Shown here: piece by piece, positions 50,526-64,000 of the stretch
Numbering within the stretch: position 1 is the first letter of the stretch
Layout: each line of letters opens with the position of its first letter
Source: the human T2T-CHM13v2.0 reference genome, Homo sapiens
Assembly (NCBI RefSeq): GCF_009914755.1
Contig: NC_060927.1
Reading direction: 5' to 3' (one strand)
Length of the DNA stretch: 64,000 nucleotides
Translations under genes and position numbers: made by a program
Notes under the pieces: generated by a model
What the model saw: the letters and a program-made list of their open reading frames with translations, nothing else
The model's database searches: none
What the model was told of the DNA's origin: nothing

Positions 50526-51065
50526 AAAAAAAAAGAATCAAAATTATGAAGGACTAAATATACAATTTATTATGAGTAATTCAAATCACAGATTTCTATT
50601 ACAGTAAGTGAGCTTGGAGGCAAAGATAACTATCTTCTTTTCTTTTTATGAGGTGTACAAAATTGCTTTCTTTCAGTTGGTAAAATATGTGAATGCACTA
50701 TCTGCAGATTTTGAAATGATTTTCATCGTTTATGGTTTCCATGTTAACTTTAATCTTTATATAATTGCCATTTACCAAAATTTGTCAAAGACCATGAGGA
50801 ATTAGCAGTTTGTCTTGCATTTTCTAGGTCTTAATATTTGTCTTCTTATTATTAATGGTATATTTTGCTTTTGAGAATTTTTAAATAGTATTTTAGTTGA
50901 AAATTGAGAGGTGATTTCATGGTTTTTTTTGGCTATGAAATTTGAAGAGCTTTTTCTAGTAATACAATATATGTTTTAAAAGTCATATCAATATTGTATA
51001 ATTAGATCCTGAACAAATACTCATTCAAAATATAGAGTATCAATTGTCTTTTAGGATGAAATTGA

Positions 51066-51351
<286 letters not shown>

Positions 51352-53066
51352 TGGTCCCCTTTTCTTCAAAGTACATAGGTCTAGTATACTATAGTGTTCA
51401 TCCTTTCAAGCTGTGTAATTAGACACTGTGACTACTCTTGCCTTACGTATGAAATTTTACTCAGAATTTTGGACATTTGTCTTTCTGTCTAAATTATCCT
51501 TTGGAACATGATTTATTTAAATATGATCCAAAAGACAGTTGTGGTTTCTATTTACGTTGTAATTACTGAAATTATATCTATCAGGTTCAGTATGTTGGAG
51601 AGTTAACATAATTTTGAGACCGCATAATGCAGAGATAATAATATACTGTGAGCAAAACCAAAGTGTAAGTTGAAATATCAAAACAATATATTCTTTATGC
51701 CATGTACATGAGATCAATTATCACTTCTCCTAACACAAATAGACAGTATCAATGAATATTAGGCAATACATAGGAAAGCATAATAGATGTTCATGTATGC
51801 ACACACAGACGTCATTATTGCAGCACCCTCAAACTGATTATATTTCCAACATTATTATAAACATAACATTTTGTTTGTACTGAGTACTATAATTATATTT
51901 AACTGATATTTACTGTGAAATTGACCATTTTTCTATGTAATATATAAACACTTTCTGCCAGCTAGCATCATTAAATCGCTTTATTCTTGAGTACTCTATA
52001 TATTTCAGGTAATAAAATAAAATAACTTTGTGAAACCCTCAGAGTGGATATTTAGTAAATGAAATGGTAGAATATGTTGATGATCTTAGTTTCAGCCACT
52101 GAAAAACTTTGTCAGGTTATAAAACTGGAATATCTTATCTGTTTCATGAGAAAAAAAGTAAGGATATATAAATTTATAAATAAATTTAAAATAATTTAAG
52201 GGGAAAATCTTTGAACTCTACATTAAAAATATTGAAACAATCACAATATTGTTATTTGACTAATTTAATAAAAATATTTTATCACAGTAAAAAATATCAA
52301 AGACCTATAGCAATGTATTTTTCTATCATCTTCTCACTCAGTCTTTTCCTCAACCTGCATTATCTTCTTTTCTTATTCTTTTTAAAATTGTTCGGTGAAT
52401 ATAGTACTTGTCAAAGGCAGTAGACTGACATTGAAAAGACTCAAGTGTTCATCTCTTTGTTCAGGATTATGTGAGTGTGGAGAAGAGTTCAGCTTTTTGT
52501 CGTTCTTCATCTCATTCTACTAGGTACATATTGAAGGACAAAAAAAATCAGTTTTATTCTGTCCTTACTGATTCTTTCAGTCTTTCAATCAAATGTGTCA
52601 TCCATTTGTGATTTGAATTTTACACATAACTCTTTGATAGTATATGGATTTTTTATTTTATTACTAACAAGAATGATAATAGCAAAGTTAGATATGCATT
52701 GCTAACTAAGCATTATATGACTAACAATACTTTTTTCAAAATAAATGATCATTGTCGTGAAGTTTAACACTTGAGTTCATGAGAACTAAGTATTTAATAT
52801 GTGAGCCCATGGATGAGCAAGGAGTGAACATATACATACGTTTGTATATATGTACATATAACAGATTTACAAATATAGAAAGATGAAGAAAAATAAATAT
52901 AGGGCTGGATTTAATCCACCTTCCGATACATACTACTGTAGAGCAATGTGTTATTCAAAGATATGGGAATTCATTTTGACTGATTGAAAGCCTTCAATTT
53001 TAGTTTTCCATGGCCTATCCACAGGTGCTCATGTGATCATTAATAAAGGAAAAACTTTATTAAACA

Positions 53067-53124
53067 CGGGGATTACAATTCAAGGTGAGATTTGGGTGGG
53101 TACACAGAGGCAAACCGTATAACA
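53067..53124 (-). mobile_element. Short THE1/MST LTR 5'-end fragment
   Basis: GGGGATTACAATTCAAGGTGAGATTTGGGTGGGTACACAGAGGCAAACCGTATAACA. Confidence 0.75.
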
Positions 53125-53272
53125 CAATGTCTAGAATTGTAAAAGCAATTTTATGACCATAAGAGAACAAAATATTTAAATAAATAACAAACAAATACAA
53201 AAAAAAATTACATTGGACCTAGCCTAAAGTCCTATGGGACTTGTTGCTACATGTGAAATTAATAAAGCACTA

Positions 53273-53618
53273 AAGTCATGTAATGAGTGGGATCCATTCT
53301 GAGAAATGGGTTATTTGATGATTTTGTTGTTATGCAAACATCATAGAATGCAAGTACACAAACCTAGATGATATAGCCTGCTACACACCTATGCTATTGT
53401 ACAGCCTATTGCTCCCAGGCTATAAACCTGTACAGCATGTTACTGTACTATAAACCGTAGATCATTGTAACACAATGGTAAGTGTTTGTGTATCACTAAA
53501 TATGTTATGTTTAAGCATAGAAAAGCTATAGTAATAATATGGTATTATAATCTTAAAGGACCACTGTTATGTATGTGGTCAGTCATTGACGAAAACATTA
53601 TTAGGTGGCACATGACTA
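53273..53618 (+). mobile_element. Tigger3a-like (TcMar-Tigger) non-autonomous DNA transposon
   Basis: Terminal (C)AGTCATG...CATGACT flanked by TA, with ACACAAACCTAGATGATATAGCCT and TATAAACCTGTACAGCATGTTACTGTAC inside. Confidence 0.85.
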
Positions 53619-55356
53619 TATTTGGTAAAGTTACTCTTATTTGTGTTTTCTATAGCTTGGGAATAGAATGATGTATAAGTGATACATGTATGCATGTGTT
53701 CCTGGTGATTCTTATAATTTTCAAAGACATATAGTGAAAGTTTGTCTTCAAGATACCAAATATTGAGATGAAGATTGAGAAGTCCAATCATCAATATGCT
53801 CTACATGGTGCTAGATATTTTTATATTTAGAAAAAAATAAGAAAGATGTGAAAATTTAGGATGATAAATAAAAATTATATGATAATATTCTGTCAAATAG
53901 TTACATATATCCTTTTTATTACACTTTATAGGCAATAGTTCCTGTAAATCACTCTGTACTTTTAACTCTGGTTCTTTTGCTATTTGTTTTTATCTGTTTT
54001 TCTTCAGATGGTTAAGTCTAAGTGTTTCTGAAATGCTATTCTTAGCTGCAAATATTACTATAGCTTAATGACATTTGTACATATCCATCATTTTGTTATC
54101 CAAAATGTTTTGTCTAAACTGAGGGTTGTAAAGATCATATCAACAGTCTTTGCTAGTAGCATTGATAAGGCATAAATATTTCTTCGAAAGCTAATTTAAA
54201 ACACATATGTAGTATTCACAGATGGTCTCTGAATCTAGGAAAAAAATGATAGACTGATTTTTTCCTTTTTGTAAGTTTAGGTTAATAGATTTTCAATTGA
54301 GACTGCTAGACTGTCTTCAGAAATTTCACTTAAGGAATACCTTACTAACCTACTTTGTGTTAGTTATTGATTTTTCCTGTGTTAAACTAAAACTCTGTTT
54401 AGAAATACAAAAGTTCGTTTGTTCTTTTTATATTTATAAAACATATTTTGGGAAATTTAAATGTAACTAAAATTAGTGATAGAGACAAATTTCTACACTT
54501 TGAGAAAATAAATTTTTCCTCCAAAACTAATGTTTATTTTATAGGTGCATTCATTCAAAAAATGAACAAAACTTTCCTGTAGAATTGGCCTACAGCTCAG
54601 TAAACTAAATTAGAAAAATATTTGCCTTAGATTTTACTAGAGTTCCATAAACTAATCTGCCTTTAGTTCAGTAAATTTATTTTGAGATGTTACTGTTTAT
54701 TCTTGTTAATTCTAGTTTGTTTTTTTTTTAATTATCCTCTTGTTTAATTATTTCAGCCCTTGTCACTGCTCTCGGCACTTGCTGATTATCTAAACATAAA
54801 AATGTTTAATTTGCACTAAGTTAATTCTAATTTTCCCCAAGTGGTTGTTGATAATATCATAAATGAAATACTGGTGAAATTATCTATTTACAGAAACATT
54901 GTATTTTATTAAAATTATTTAATATATCTCTTTAAAAATCCTTTCATGCCTGAAAATGCCTTAATTTTAGCTGGAGAATCCTCTTTAGAAGGTTCCTTCT
55001 TTAGGGTCCGTCTTTTGGAAGATTTCTGATATTGAGCATTCTTTTAGATTCATAAATTCATAAATCCTATAAATTTCCCACAATTCCTATTGTTGATCTC
55101 TTGTAAGAAGACCGAATGGTGCTATTAAAAATAATATTGTGATTATATATATAGAAGGAAATCAATTTGTGTGTGTATGTATATAAATATATACATAATG
55201 AAACAATTATCCCCTTAGGCCTAATCTTTTTCAGATCCAATATATAAAGCAGGCACAGGAAATTTTTGTAAAAATTTGATCCTTGAAATCTATCATTGAC
55301 AATTTTTTTTAAAATGCCTTTCAAATATGAATTAACCCAAGTCCATTCTGTTCAGG

Positions 55357-55540
55357 TGTTATGGTCTGGATGTATCCCCCAAATTTCATGTGTTGAAACG
55401 TAATGGCTAATGTGATCATATTAATAACTTGGGCCTCTAGGAGATAAATAAGTCATGAGGATGGAGCCCTAAGAGATGGGATTAGAACCCTTATTAAAGG
55501 ATTGGAGGAAGTAGGTTCACTCTCTTCTGTCTGTTCTATC
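55357..55540 (+). mobile_element. MST (C/D-like) MaLR LTR 5' fragment
   Basis: TGTTATGGTCTGGATGTATCCCCCAAATTTCATGTGTTGAAAC...GTCATGAGGATGGAGCCCT. Confidence 0.7.
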
Positions 55541-56695
55541 ATCTCATTACATCAGAGGAATGATATTAGAGAAAGCTATAAATTTTTCAGTTTGTATACG
55601 TTGTTGAAGTACTAATGCCATTGCTCACTGTCTTTCTACTATAACAGATGAAAAGAGATTTCGTTCTCTTAAAGCAACTATTCAATTAAAAATGAGACAC
55701 AGTCTGGAGGGACTGCATTCCTAACCATGAATGGCCCACAAAGGTGAAGATGCTATCAGTAGTAAACAGTAATTTTATTTCCTAGAATCACCAGAAGTTA
55801 TAAAAACTAAACTGACTTTTCCTTCCAGCTATTTTATATACCTTTTAAATTAGATCAAACAAATTCACTTACTATTTGTTAATAGTCTAAATTTCTTTTC
55901 AGTAGTGAAGTCCCCAAGTAGAAAAAAAATTATTATTTTATCAAATCAATTTTGGCAACTCTATATATGACAATTAAAAAGATATTTTATACATTCCATA
56001 GTCTATGGATGTCAACGTATCATTTAAAACATGTAAAATAAAACCTGAGCTGGGAGTAATGTTTTAATAGGAATAATTTGGGCATGTTATACTTAAATTG
56101 TCTCTGTTGTCTCTGAGTCTCTGGTGGTTATTATCTTCCTGCTAAGAACTTCTTCTGGACAGCCTGGTTTCCTGGTAAAACACCCTGTGCTCAGTCAATA
56201 TCTCTGGTTTCTAACTCCAAGAGAAGTTTCCTCTCTTTATGTACAAAATAGTCTCTCTTTTATTGTAAAATTGCTATTGAATACAGGTAAAGAGAAATAA
56301 TTTAAGGTCTAGGTAATAAATATTTGTTCTTACTAACAGGTCTTAACTCTTGGGAAGGCAAAGATGATTGGTTTGCAGAATCAAGCACCAAATCTGGAAA
56401 CTCAAAATCAGAGGAAAATAATGGAAATTTCAATTGTATAACCCATCTTTTTGAGAATAACATATAGAAGGTTATAAGACTATGTGCCTAAATAAATATG
56501 GTTTTCTTCCTTAATACTCATATTTCTCCTTTGAAAACCCAGAATTATAACAGCCTTGGAGTTTTCAAGCATTTTTAAAATTTATGACATTTTCATTAGT
56601 TTCAATTAATTCCAAATACACTAAAGAACATAAAGAAATGAAATCAATATAAACATAAGGAAAATTTGATAGTACTATTTCTTATATTTAAATGG

Positions 56696-57231
56696 GTATA
56701 TTATTTTTTGTTACTGTTCTAAAAATTACCTCAAACTTCGTGGCTTAAAACAACACTGGCTTGTTGTTGTTGTTTGTTTAATTTTGTAGTTCTATAGATG
56801 AGAAATCTTACTTGGCTAAATTCAAGGTATTGGGAGGGTCACGATTTCTTCTAGATGCTCTAAGGGAGAATCTATTTTCTTGCATGTTCCAGCCTCTAGT
56901 GGCTGCCTGTTATACTTGGCCCACAACTGACCCCTTCCATCCATCTTCGGCACCAGCAGCAGTGGAGCTAATCCTCACAGAATCTTTCTATACTCTTATT
57001 CTGCTTCTTTTTTTTCTTTTTTTCAATTTTTAAAGACAGTCTTGCTTACACTAGGCCTACTCAGATAATCTAGAATAATCTCCTTACTTCAATGTCAGTT
57101 TATTAGCAACCTTAATTGCATCTGCAACTCTAATTCCACTTTATCGTGCAAGTTATGCAAGGTAACAGATTCACAGGTTCCAAGGATTAAGTCAGGGACA
57201 GCTTTGAGGAGTCGTTGCTCTGTCTATCATA
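56696..57231 (-). mobile_element. MLT1D-like MaLR LTR
   Basis: AAATTACCTCAAACTTCGTGGCTTAAAACAACAC...GCTCTAAGGGAGAATC...GATAATCTAGAATAATCTCC...TTCACAGGTTCCAAGGATTA. Confidence 0.8.
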
Positions 57232-60200
57232 ATGGATATTTAAAATCAAGACTAAAATAATCTGTGAATTGTGTCTGCAGTCTGGATTTAGTATTTTTTT
57301 GAAAAGTAGAAATTCCATTTCTAGATCTTCATATAACTTACACAAACATATTTGTAGCCATTTTTGAAATTTATTCTACAAAATCATTTGAATACTGTTT
57401 CTATTAGCCAAACTGCACGTCTCTAATATGTTCAGAAAAATGCTTCTCTTCCTCCATGCTTAATAAGTAGATCTTCTTCTGGTCAACTTTTGTAATAAAT
57501 TATTTTATGGGAAACTATTATTTAACAAATATCTAAATTTTAAAAAGTATGCAAGAGTGTGACTGCATATAATGCAAATATTTATAAAAGATACTTTACT
57601 CCAGTTTTTACTTTAAGAAACCTGTTAGGTATGATGTCAGCAGATATTACACATGTCAAGTTTTCAAATGTGGAAGTCTGACAAATAAAATGCACTTCTT
57701 TCCAGTTTTATTTATTATGTTGTCATGCTAAAAATGCCACACATTCTAAAAAATACAGTATATACTACAGCAACAAATTAAAATTAATCATCTCCTAGCC
57801 TTGAGATTTTTCATATTGTGCTAAAAAAGACAGATATAAAAATTGAAATATTTTATAATATAAATTTATATGATGGAGGAGGAGAATTGAGTCATAAGAA
57901 GAAAGCAGGTCACTATTTCTATTAGAGAAATACTAAATCTATTTCTTTTTAATCTTTTAAATATATTTTATCTATTTTATGTTTTGGTGTCTTAACTATA
58001 GACTAAAATTATGTGCTAATATAATATTAGATATTCACGGCACACTGATGGACAGTTTCCATACAAGGGAGTAGAACCATCTGGACCACAGTATTTATTT
58101 TCTTATCAGCCACACTTCACTTATAAGGCAATGTGTCAAGCAAAGGATAGCAGCAGAAAAAAAAATGCATTTTGCTAAATATTCTGGAAAGACATTTCAG
58201 ATAAAAGTTGCTTTTTTTTTTTTTTTTTTTAACAGAGAATTTAGTTTCTGGAAAGCAAAACAGATGTCAGTGTCCAGAAAAAAACACAGCACAAAACAAA
58301 ACTTCATCCCTACTACCAAGGTTTTAATTATAGGGTTTTTGTTTGTTTGTTTGAGTTTCTAAGCAGCCACCAGAAGCCAGTGATTGTTTAAAATTCATTG
58401 AGAAACAATTCATAGATAACATATGCTGGAAAGTAGAAATTTTTTAGTGGAAATATGTGAGGTACGATTGGTTAGTTTTTGGTACCCATTATATTTTTCT
58501 GACAGTAAATATTTAAAAATGGCATGACATATGAAGTTAGTACTTCTTTATAATGAATTTTGTGCATATATCACTTAAAACGTTTATTTTCTGTTAAATA
58601 CTTCTTAATGCCTTATTTTAATAGTTTAAATAGAATTACATGTAATGTTCTATAAATTTTAGAAGTTTCATTTGATTTATGTGAAATCCTTACCACAGAT
58701 GAAATGTGATTAGTATTAAGTGATTGTGTAAACCCTAAATTTTATATTACAATTGTTTGTTAAAATAGGTATAATGTTTTTTCAACTCTAGAGGGAGAAT
58801 ATACTCATATATCCCTGGATATTGTTTAACGTTACAGAAAGTTAACAATAGTGACCAGAAGATATTATCATCTCCATGATCATTGCTGTCTCCTAATGGT
58901 GCTGTCCAGTGAACTTAGAAACTTGGACTAAATCTCTGAAAGGTATCACAAATTTGTGTATATTTTAAAAGATGTCGACAGACACACACACAAATAAAGT
59001 GATTTTTTTTTAATTTTGCTATCTGACTGACAGAAGTAATTTTCCTTTCTTCTTTTAATTATATACATAACTTTGCAACAAAGGTACCTGACAAAGAAAA
59101 CAGAAAAGGTGTTTTTCTGTCCTAAGAGAAGATAAATCTTTTAGAATGTGTTTTTAAAATATTCAGACCTCCAATTATTTTTAGTTCCTTGAGCTATTAA
59201 AATAAGTTTAGTCATGTCAGAACAAGCAATTGCTTCCGTGTGGTTATAGAACCAATTGTTTCCTTTAATATTTTGTTTTAGCCTGTATATTGATTTATCT
59301 GGATATGTCTCACTATGATGAATTACAAAGAGGGTGAGTCCTCCTTGCTGAATGCTGAAAGGCATCACAGTATGTATATGTTGTGGCATATGCCACCTAG
59401 CTCTGCTGTCTTGGAGCATTTTGAGAAGGCTTATATAGCCAAATCTTTAAGCACATCTGCTGATCCACAGAATCACAAGATAGAGAATGACTTTAAAATT
59501 ATTCCCCTAAAAAAACACACACACATATACACATGCACACACACACACACAGTGTTTCTTCTCATTATTATGAATAATAAAAACAACCAAGTGGCTCGCA
59601 TAACATTTTAGAAATACAAGAATATCAATTTCACATATGCACACCAAAAACAAAGTAGGTGACTATCTTGCTTGTATTGTTTAAGATTTCTCTACTTTTG
59701 TTTAAAGAAATAACTGATGGAAACAGAAGTAAATATGCCAGTACTTGATAATGAATTAAGATTCAAATAATGCATTACGAAGTTTGTTTTATCCCCTTCC
59801 AAATGTACCAATATCATTATTTCATGTCTTACTATTTTCTAAATTGTCTTTTTCCTCCCAATGATGAATTAGGAAGAAAAATATCTAGGTGACAGCCACG
59901 TGGAATTATTTTTAGAGTATTTTCTTTTACTGAAATACAAACATAGGGTTTGAATCATAGGGAAGGGTAGTTATTAATGATCATTTTTGATCTACTCTTC
60001 TTTTTGCTGCCTCCTTTTATAAAACAAAGTAAACAAATAAAATGCCCAATTGTTTTGAACAAGCTAAGGGCAGCAGGACAGATTCTACATGAAATCAAAT
60101 GTTTTTTTCAGGGTCTTGTGTGTATATTATAGTCTTAGTAAAGATTGGTCCAGGCTATAGGCTAGAGCTGAGCTTCCAGGACAGTGTTGGGTTGAGCAAG

Positions 60201-60661
60201 CTGATAAAGTGTAAGGGCTGGCCTGGGCCTTTACGGGAATACACAAAGTAAAATGAAGCAAAGCGATCCTTTGTTTGAAAATAATCGTAGGCAGATATTT
60301 TTAACGTTGCACAATTTAAACAGATGGATAATCTTAGAAGATAGTAAGATTTATAAATTAATTGTCTATATAATTATGACAAAAAATTCTACTTAAAAAA
60401 TAAGTATATGTAAATGATACATGCTTTACTTATGTAACCATTGCATAATTTTAAGCATGTCAGTTTGCTTGCTTCACATAAGCAAGCATCAAATGCTTAT
60501 TGAAAGCATGTGGCTTACAATAAGGACTTTCTTCCTTATTATGCTACATCTACATTTATAACACAATATTTTCCCGTGTTTAAAGGGAAGTGCATTGATC
60601 AATCTGAATTAATTTGGCAATAAAGAGGACAGAATAACAAAGCCATAAACACAGATCCTTT

Positions 60662-62295
60662 TGTGTCCTGAATTGGTGGGTTCTTGGTCTCACTGACTTC
60701 AAGAATGAAGTCACGTACCCTAGCGGTGAGTATTACAGTTCTTAAAGGCATCGTGTCCGGAGTTTGTTCCTTCTGATGTTTGGATGTGTTCAGAGTTTCT
60801 TCCTTCTGGTGGGTTTGTGGTCTCGCTGGCTTCAAGAATGAAGCTGCAGACCTTCACAGTGAGTGTTACAGCTCATAAAAACAGTGTGGACCCAAAGAGT
60901 GAGCAGTAGCAAGATTTATTGCAAAAAGCGAAAGAACAAAACTTCAACAGTGTGGAAGGGGATCCAAGCAGGTTGCCATGGCTGGTTTAGGCAGCCTGCT
61001 TTTATTCCCTTATCTGGCCCCACCCACATCCTGCTGATTGGTCCATTTTACAGAGAGCTGATTGGTCCATTTTACAGAGAGCTGATTGGTCTGTTTTGAC
61101 AGGGTGCTGATTGGTGTGTTTACAATCCCTGAGCTAGACGCAAAAGTTCTCTAAGTCCCCACTAGATGAGCTAGATACAGAGTGCTGATTGGTGTATTTA
61201 CAAACCCTGAGCTAGACACAGAGTGCTGATTGGTGCATTTACAAACCTTGAGCTAGCTACAGAGTGCTGACTGGTGTATTCACAATTCCTTAGCTAGACA
61301 TAAAGGTTCTCCAAGTCCCCACCAGATCAGCTAGACACAGAGAACTGATAGGTGCATTTACAAACCTTGAGCTAGACACAGGGTGCGGATTGGTGCATTT
61401 ACAAACCTTGAGCTAGACACAGAGTGCTGATTGGTGTGTTCACAATCCCTTAGCTAGACATAAAGATTCTCCAAGTCCCCACCAGATTAGCTAGATACAG
61501 AGTGATGATTGGTGCATCCACAAACCCTGAGCTAGACACAGGGTGCTGATTTGTGTGTTTACAAACCTTGAGCTAGATACAGAGTGCTGATTGGTGTATT
61601 TACAATCCCTTAGCTAGACATAAAGGTTCATCCAAGTTCCCACTAGACTCAAGAGCCCAGCTGGCTTCACCCAGTGGATCCCGCACCTGTCCGCAGGTGG
61701 AGCTGTCTGCCAGTCCCATGCCTTGCGCCCGCACTCCTCGGCCCTTGGGCGGTCGATGGGACCGGGTACCATGGAGCAGGGGGTGCTTCTCGTCCAGGAG
61801 GCTCCGGCCGTGCAGGAGCCCACTGCAGGGGTGTGGCAGGAGGCTCAGGCATGGCAGGCTGCAGGTCCTGAGCCCTGCCCCATGGGGAGGCAGCTAAGGT
61901 CCGGCGAGAAATCAAGCGCAGCGCCAGTGGGCTGGCAATGCTAGGGGACTGGGTGCACTGTCCACAGCTGCTGGCCCTGGTGCTAAGCCCCTCACTGCCT
62001 GGGGCCGGTGGGGCAGCCGGCCGCTCCGAGTGTGGGGCCCGCTGAGCCCACGCCCACCTGGAACTCGCGCTGTCCCGCAAGCGTGCAAGCAGTCCCGGTT
62101 CCCGCCCGCTCTCTTTCCACACCTCCCCGCAAGCTGAGGGAGCCGGCTCCTGCCTCGGCCAGCCCAGAAAGGGGCTCCCACAGTGCAGGGGCAGGCTGGA
62201 GGGCTCCTCAAGTGCAGCCAGAGTGGGTGCCGAGGCCAAGGAGGCACCGAGAGCGAGCGAGGGCTGTGAGGGATGCCAAACGCTATCACCTCTCA
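60662..62295 (-). mobile_element. Complete solo LTR12C-type (ERV9) LTR, 1634 bp
   Basis: The minus strand starts TGAGAGGTGATAGCG and ends CCAATTCAGGACACA. GC-rich 5' U3, tandem enhancer repeats, exact 4-bp TSD CTTT (60658-60661, 62296-62299). Confidence 0.97.
60995..61640 (-). promoter_or_regulatory. LTR12 promoter/enhancer: array of CCAAT (NF-Y) boxes upstream of the AATAAAA TATA-like box
   Basis: I count 10 intact ATTGG (CCAAT on the minus strand) in repeats of about 23-79 bp, plus 3 mutated copies. TTTTATTCCC is at ~61000. Activity is not shown by sequence alone. Confidence 0.75.
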
Positions 62296-64000
62296 CTTTG
62301 ATTAAATTTCTGTTACTTATTTTGATTATTATTGATGTCCAAATAAAATGAGAGAAGGGAAGAGATAGAATAAATTAATGTGTTTCTATATGTCTGATAA
62401 GGATGGGATGGGTAACGCACATCATGTTGGTGAAGAATCAGTATATTTTCATGGAGAAATATTAATTTTCTTTTCAAACAATAATAAAAAATGCACATTA
62501 TGTAGTTACAAATGCATGGTCTGGTAAGGGAAAAGAATGAAATTTTAATAAGAATATCTAATTAAGTAGCAAAAACATGGAATAAATAGCAACTTGATTA
62601 AAATAATGCAAGATAATAAGGGAATACAGGAAAGGATTTTTTTTTAAAAGAAGTTAACATGAAGATGTAAGGAGCACAGTAACTGTATAGGATTCTTACC
62701 CTATATATGGATAGAATGATGACTTCTATCAAAAGACAGAGTTCAAATTCATCCGTCTAAGTGCAGGTCATACACAAAAGAATTAAAACCAATCATAACA
62801 GCAAAAACTTGAAAATAAAAAGATTGTCAATTAAGCACCTCAAAAATAAAATTTAGAAAATAATGGCTCTGTTAGCATCACACAAGTATATGCTGTAGTT
62901 TAAGGTTAAAGGCATGAAACAGTATTGTGTCATGAGAAAATGCACACTTTACAAAAAGATAAAACACTAGTAAACAGGTATATAGATTTGGTAGCTCAGC
63001 AGCTAACTTCATAAAGTGAAAATCATTAAAAATGCAAGAACTTCATTTTCCAGAAGACTTTAGAAAGGAAACTTCGAGAGAACAGGGGAAGTTGGCAAAG
63101 AATATGCAGATTCCTTGAGGAACTGGCAGCTGATAGTTGGAGTCCCAGAAGCTCACTTATGAATAGAGGAGGAAGTCAAGATGATCTGCCAGTTCAGATA
63201 ATCAGTGGAAAATCCTCTGCATAAAATCACTTTAGTGATGATGGAAATAGAAAGCTAAGACACTGAATAGCCAGTTGCAATATCCAGTGTGCCAGAGGCA
63301 TACAAAGAGAGCACTCATTGAAACAGAGTAAGCTGAGCTGTCTCCAAACAGAAATGTGGTATGCTTTTGTCATATTAAGGAAACTGTCATCCTTTTAAAA
63401 GGAAAGTATACAGAGTGGAAGATTATAGTGCAGACCTATCATAGGAAAGCTTAAAATTAAATAAACCTGAAACACTTTTTTTCCTACTAAAAATCAGAAT
63501 TAAAAATCACAAGTTAGAATGCTTACCTCAATCTATACTAATGATGCACCGGGCACCTTATTAAACAAACTGGAAGTAAAAATCAAAATACGTTATATTA
63601 TTTTTAGATGATTTATAAGTTCCAAGTAGTGAAGAGGAAAAATGACTTATTTCAATAGTTACTAAATCACATTGAACAGTAAACACTTAAGAGGAGCTGG
63701 AGGAGGAGGAAGAATGCCTTACTGACCTCTGTAAAGAAAGGGAAAAAAAAAAAAAAGATAACTGCAGGCTGTCTCTCTGGTCTCCTGTACCTTGTACCTG
63801 GTCCTAGGACAGGAACACTTTACATTTCTAGGGTTCTGCCTCGGAATGGGTGTGGCTGAGGACACATGTGTTTCTAGTATTCCCATGCCTTCACCATTTG
63901 TTTGCCACCAAGATTCTCATCACAGAAAAATTAAAGATGTGAGACTAAATTCTGGAAATGCTGAAAACAGAAAGGGTGTGTCTGCCATGCCAATCCCAGG

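Noticed and set aside
53970-54020. Pyrimidine tract plus CAG acceptor at 54008
   Set aside because: No convincing donor or ORF follows, and T-rich tracts are common here.
60466-60488. Hairpin TGCTTGCTT-CACAT-AAGCAAGCA
   Set aside because: A 9-bp stem is expected by chance in 64 kb, and there is no other support.
61030-61640. CRISPR-like repeated array
   Set aside because: The units are tandem LTR12 enhancer repeats without unique spacers, there are no cas genes, and the context is primate.
61667-62296. 209-aa ORF and overlapping ORFs
   Set aside because: They lie wholly in the GC-rich U3 of LTR12C, where stops are rare in all frames. The sequence is low-complexity Ala/Pro/Ser/Arg with no recognisable domain.
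62500-64000. Possible old L1/LTR fragments at the right end
   Set aside because: Similarity is too weak to name a family without a search.

Overview
This window looks like AT-rich primate (very probably human or ape) non-coding DNA, either intergenic or deep intronic. I can support no protein-coding gene, tRNA, rRNA or CRISPR array. The ORF track consists of short chance ORFs or read-throughs of repeats. The window is dominated by transposable elements: Alus (J, S and one near-consensus AluY), old L1, L2 and MIR fragments, DNA transposon relics and many LTR elements. The LTR elements include a full-length THE1A-type MaLR with target-site duplication (TSD), two convergent LTR12 (ERV9) LTRs about 60 kb apart, and a nested stack in which an LTR8A-like LTR is split by a two-LTR MER61-type provirus that itself carries a solo LTR17 (HERV-W). 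Other notable details are two L1 5' inversions of twin-priming type, a deletion junction, an exact 74-bp tandem duplication, a 28-bp-stem AT-rich hairpin, template-switch scars and a candidate non-coding exon. Family names come from my memory of consensus sequences, not from a search, so subfamily calls and the ends of old elements are approximate. I did not find a convincing new biological system. The best leads are regulatory or evolutionary.
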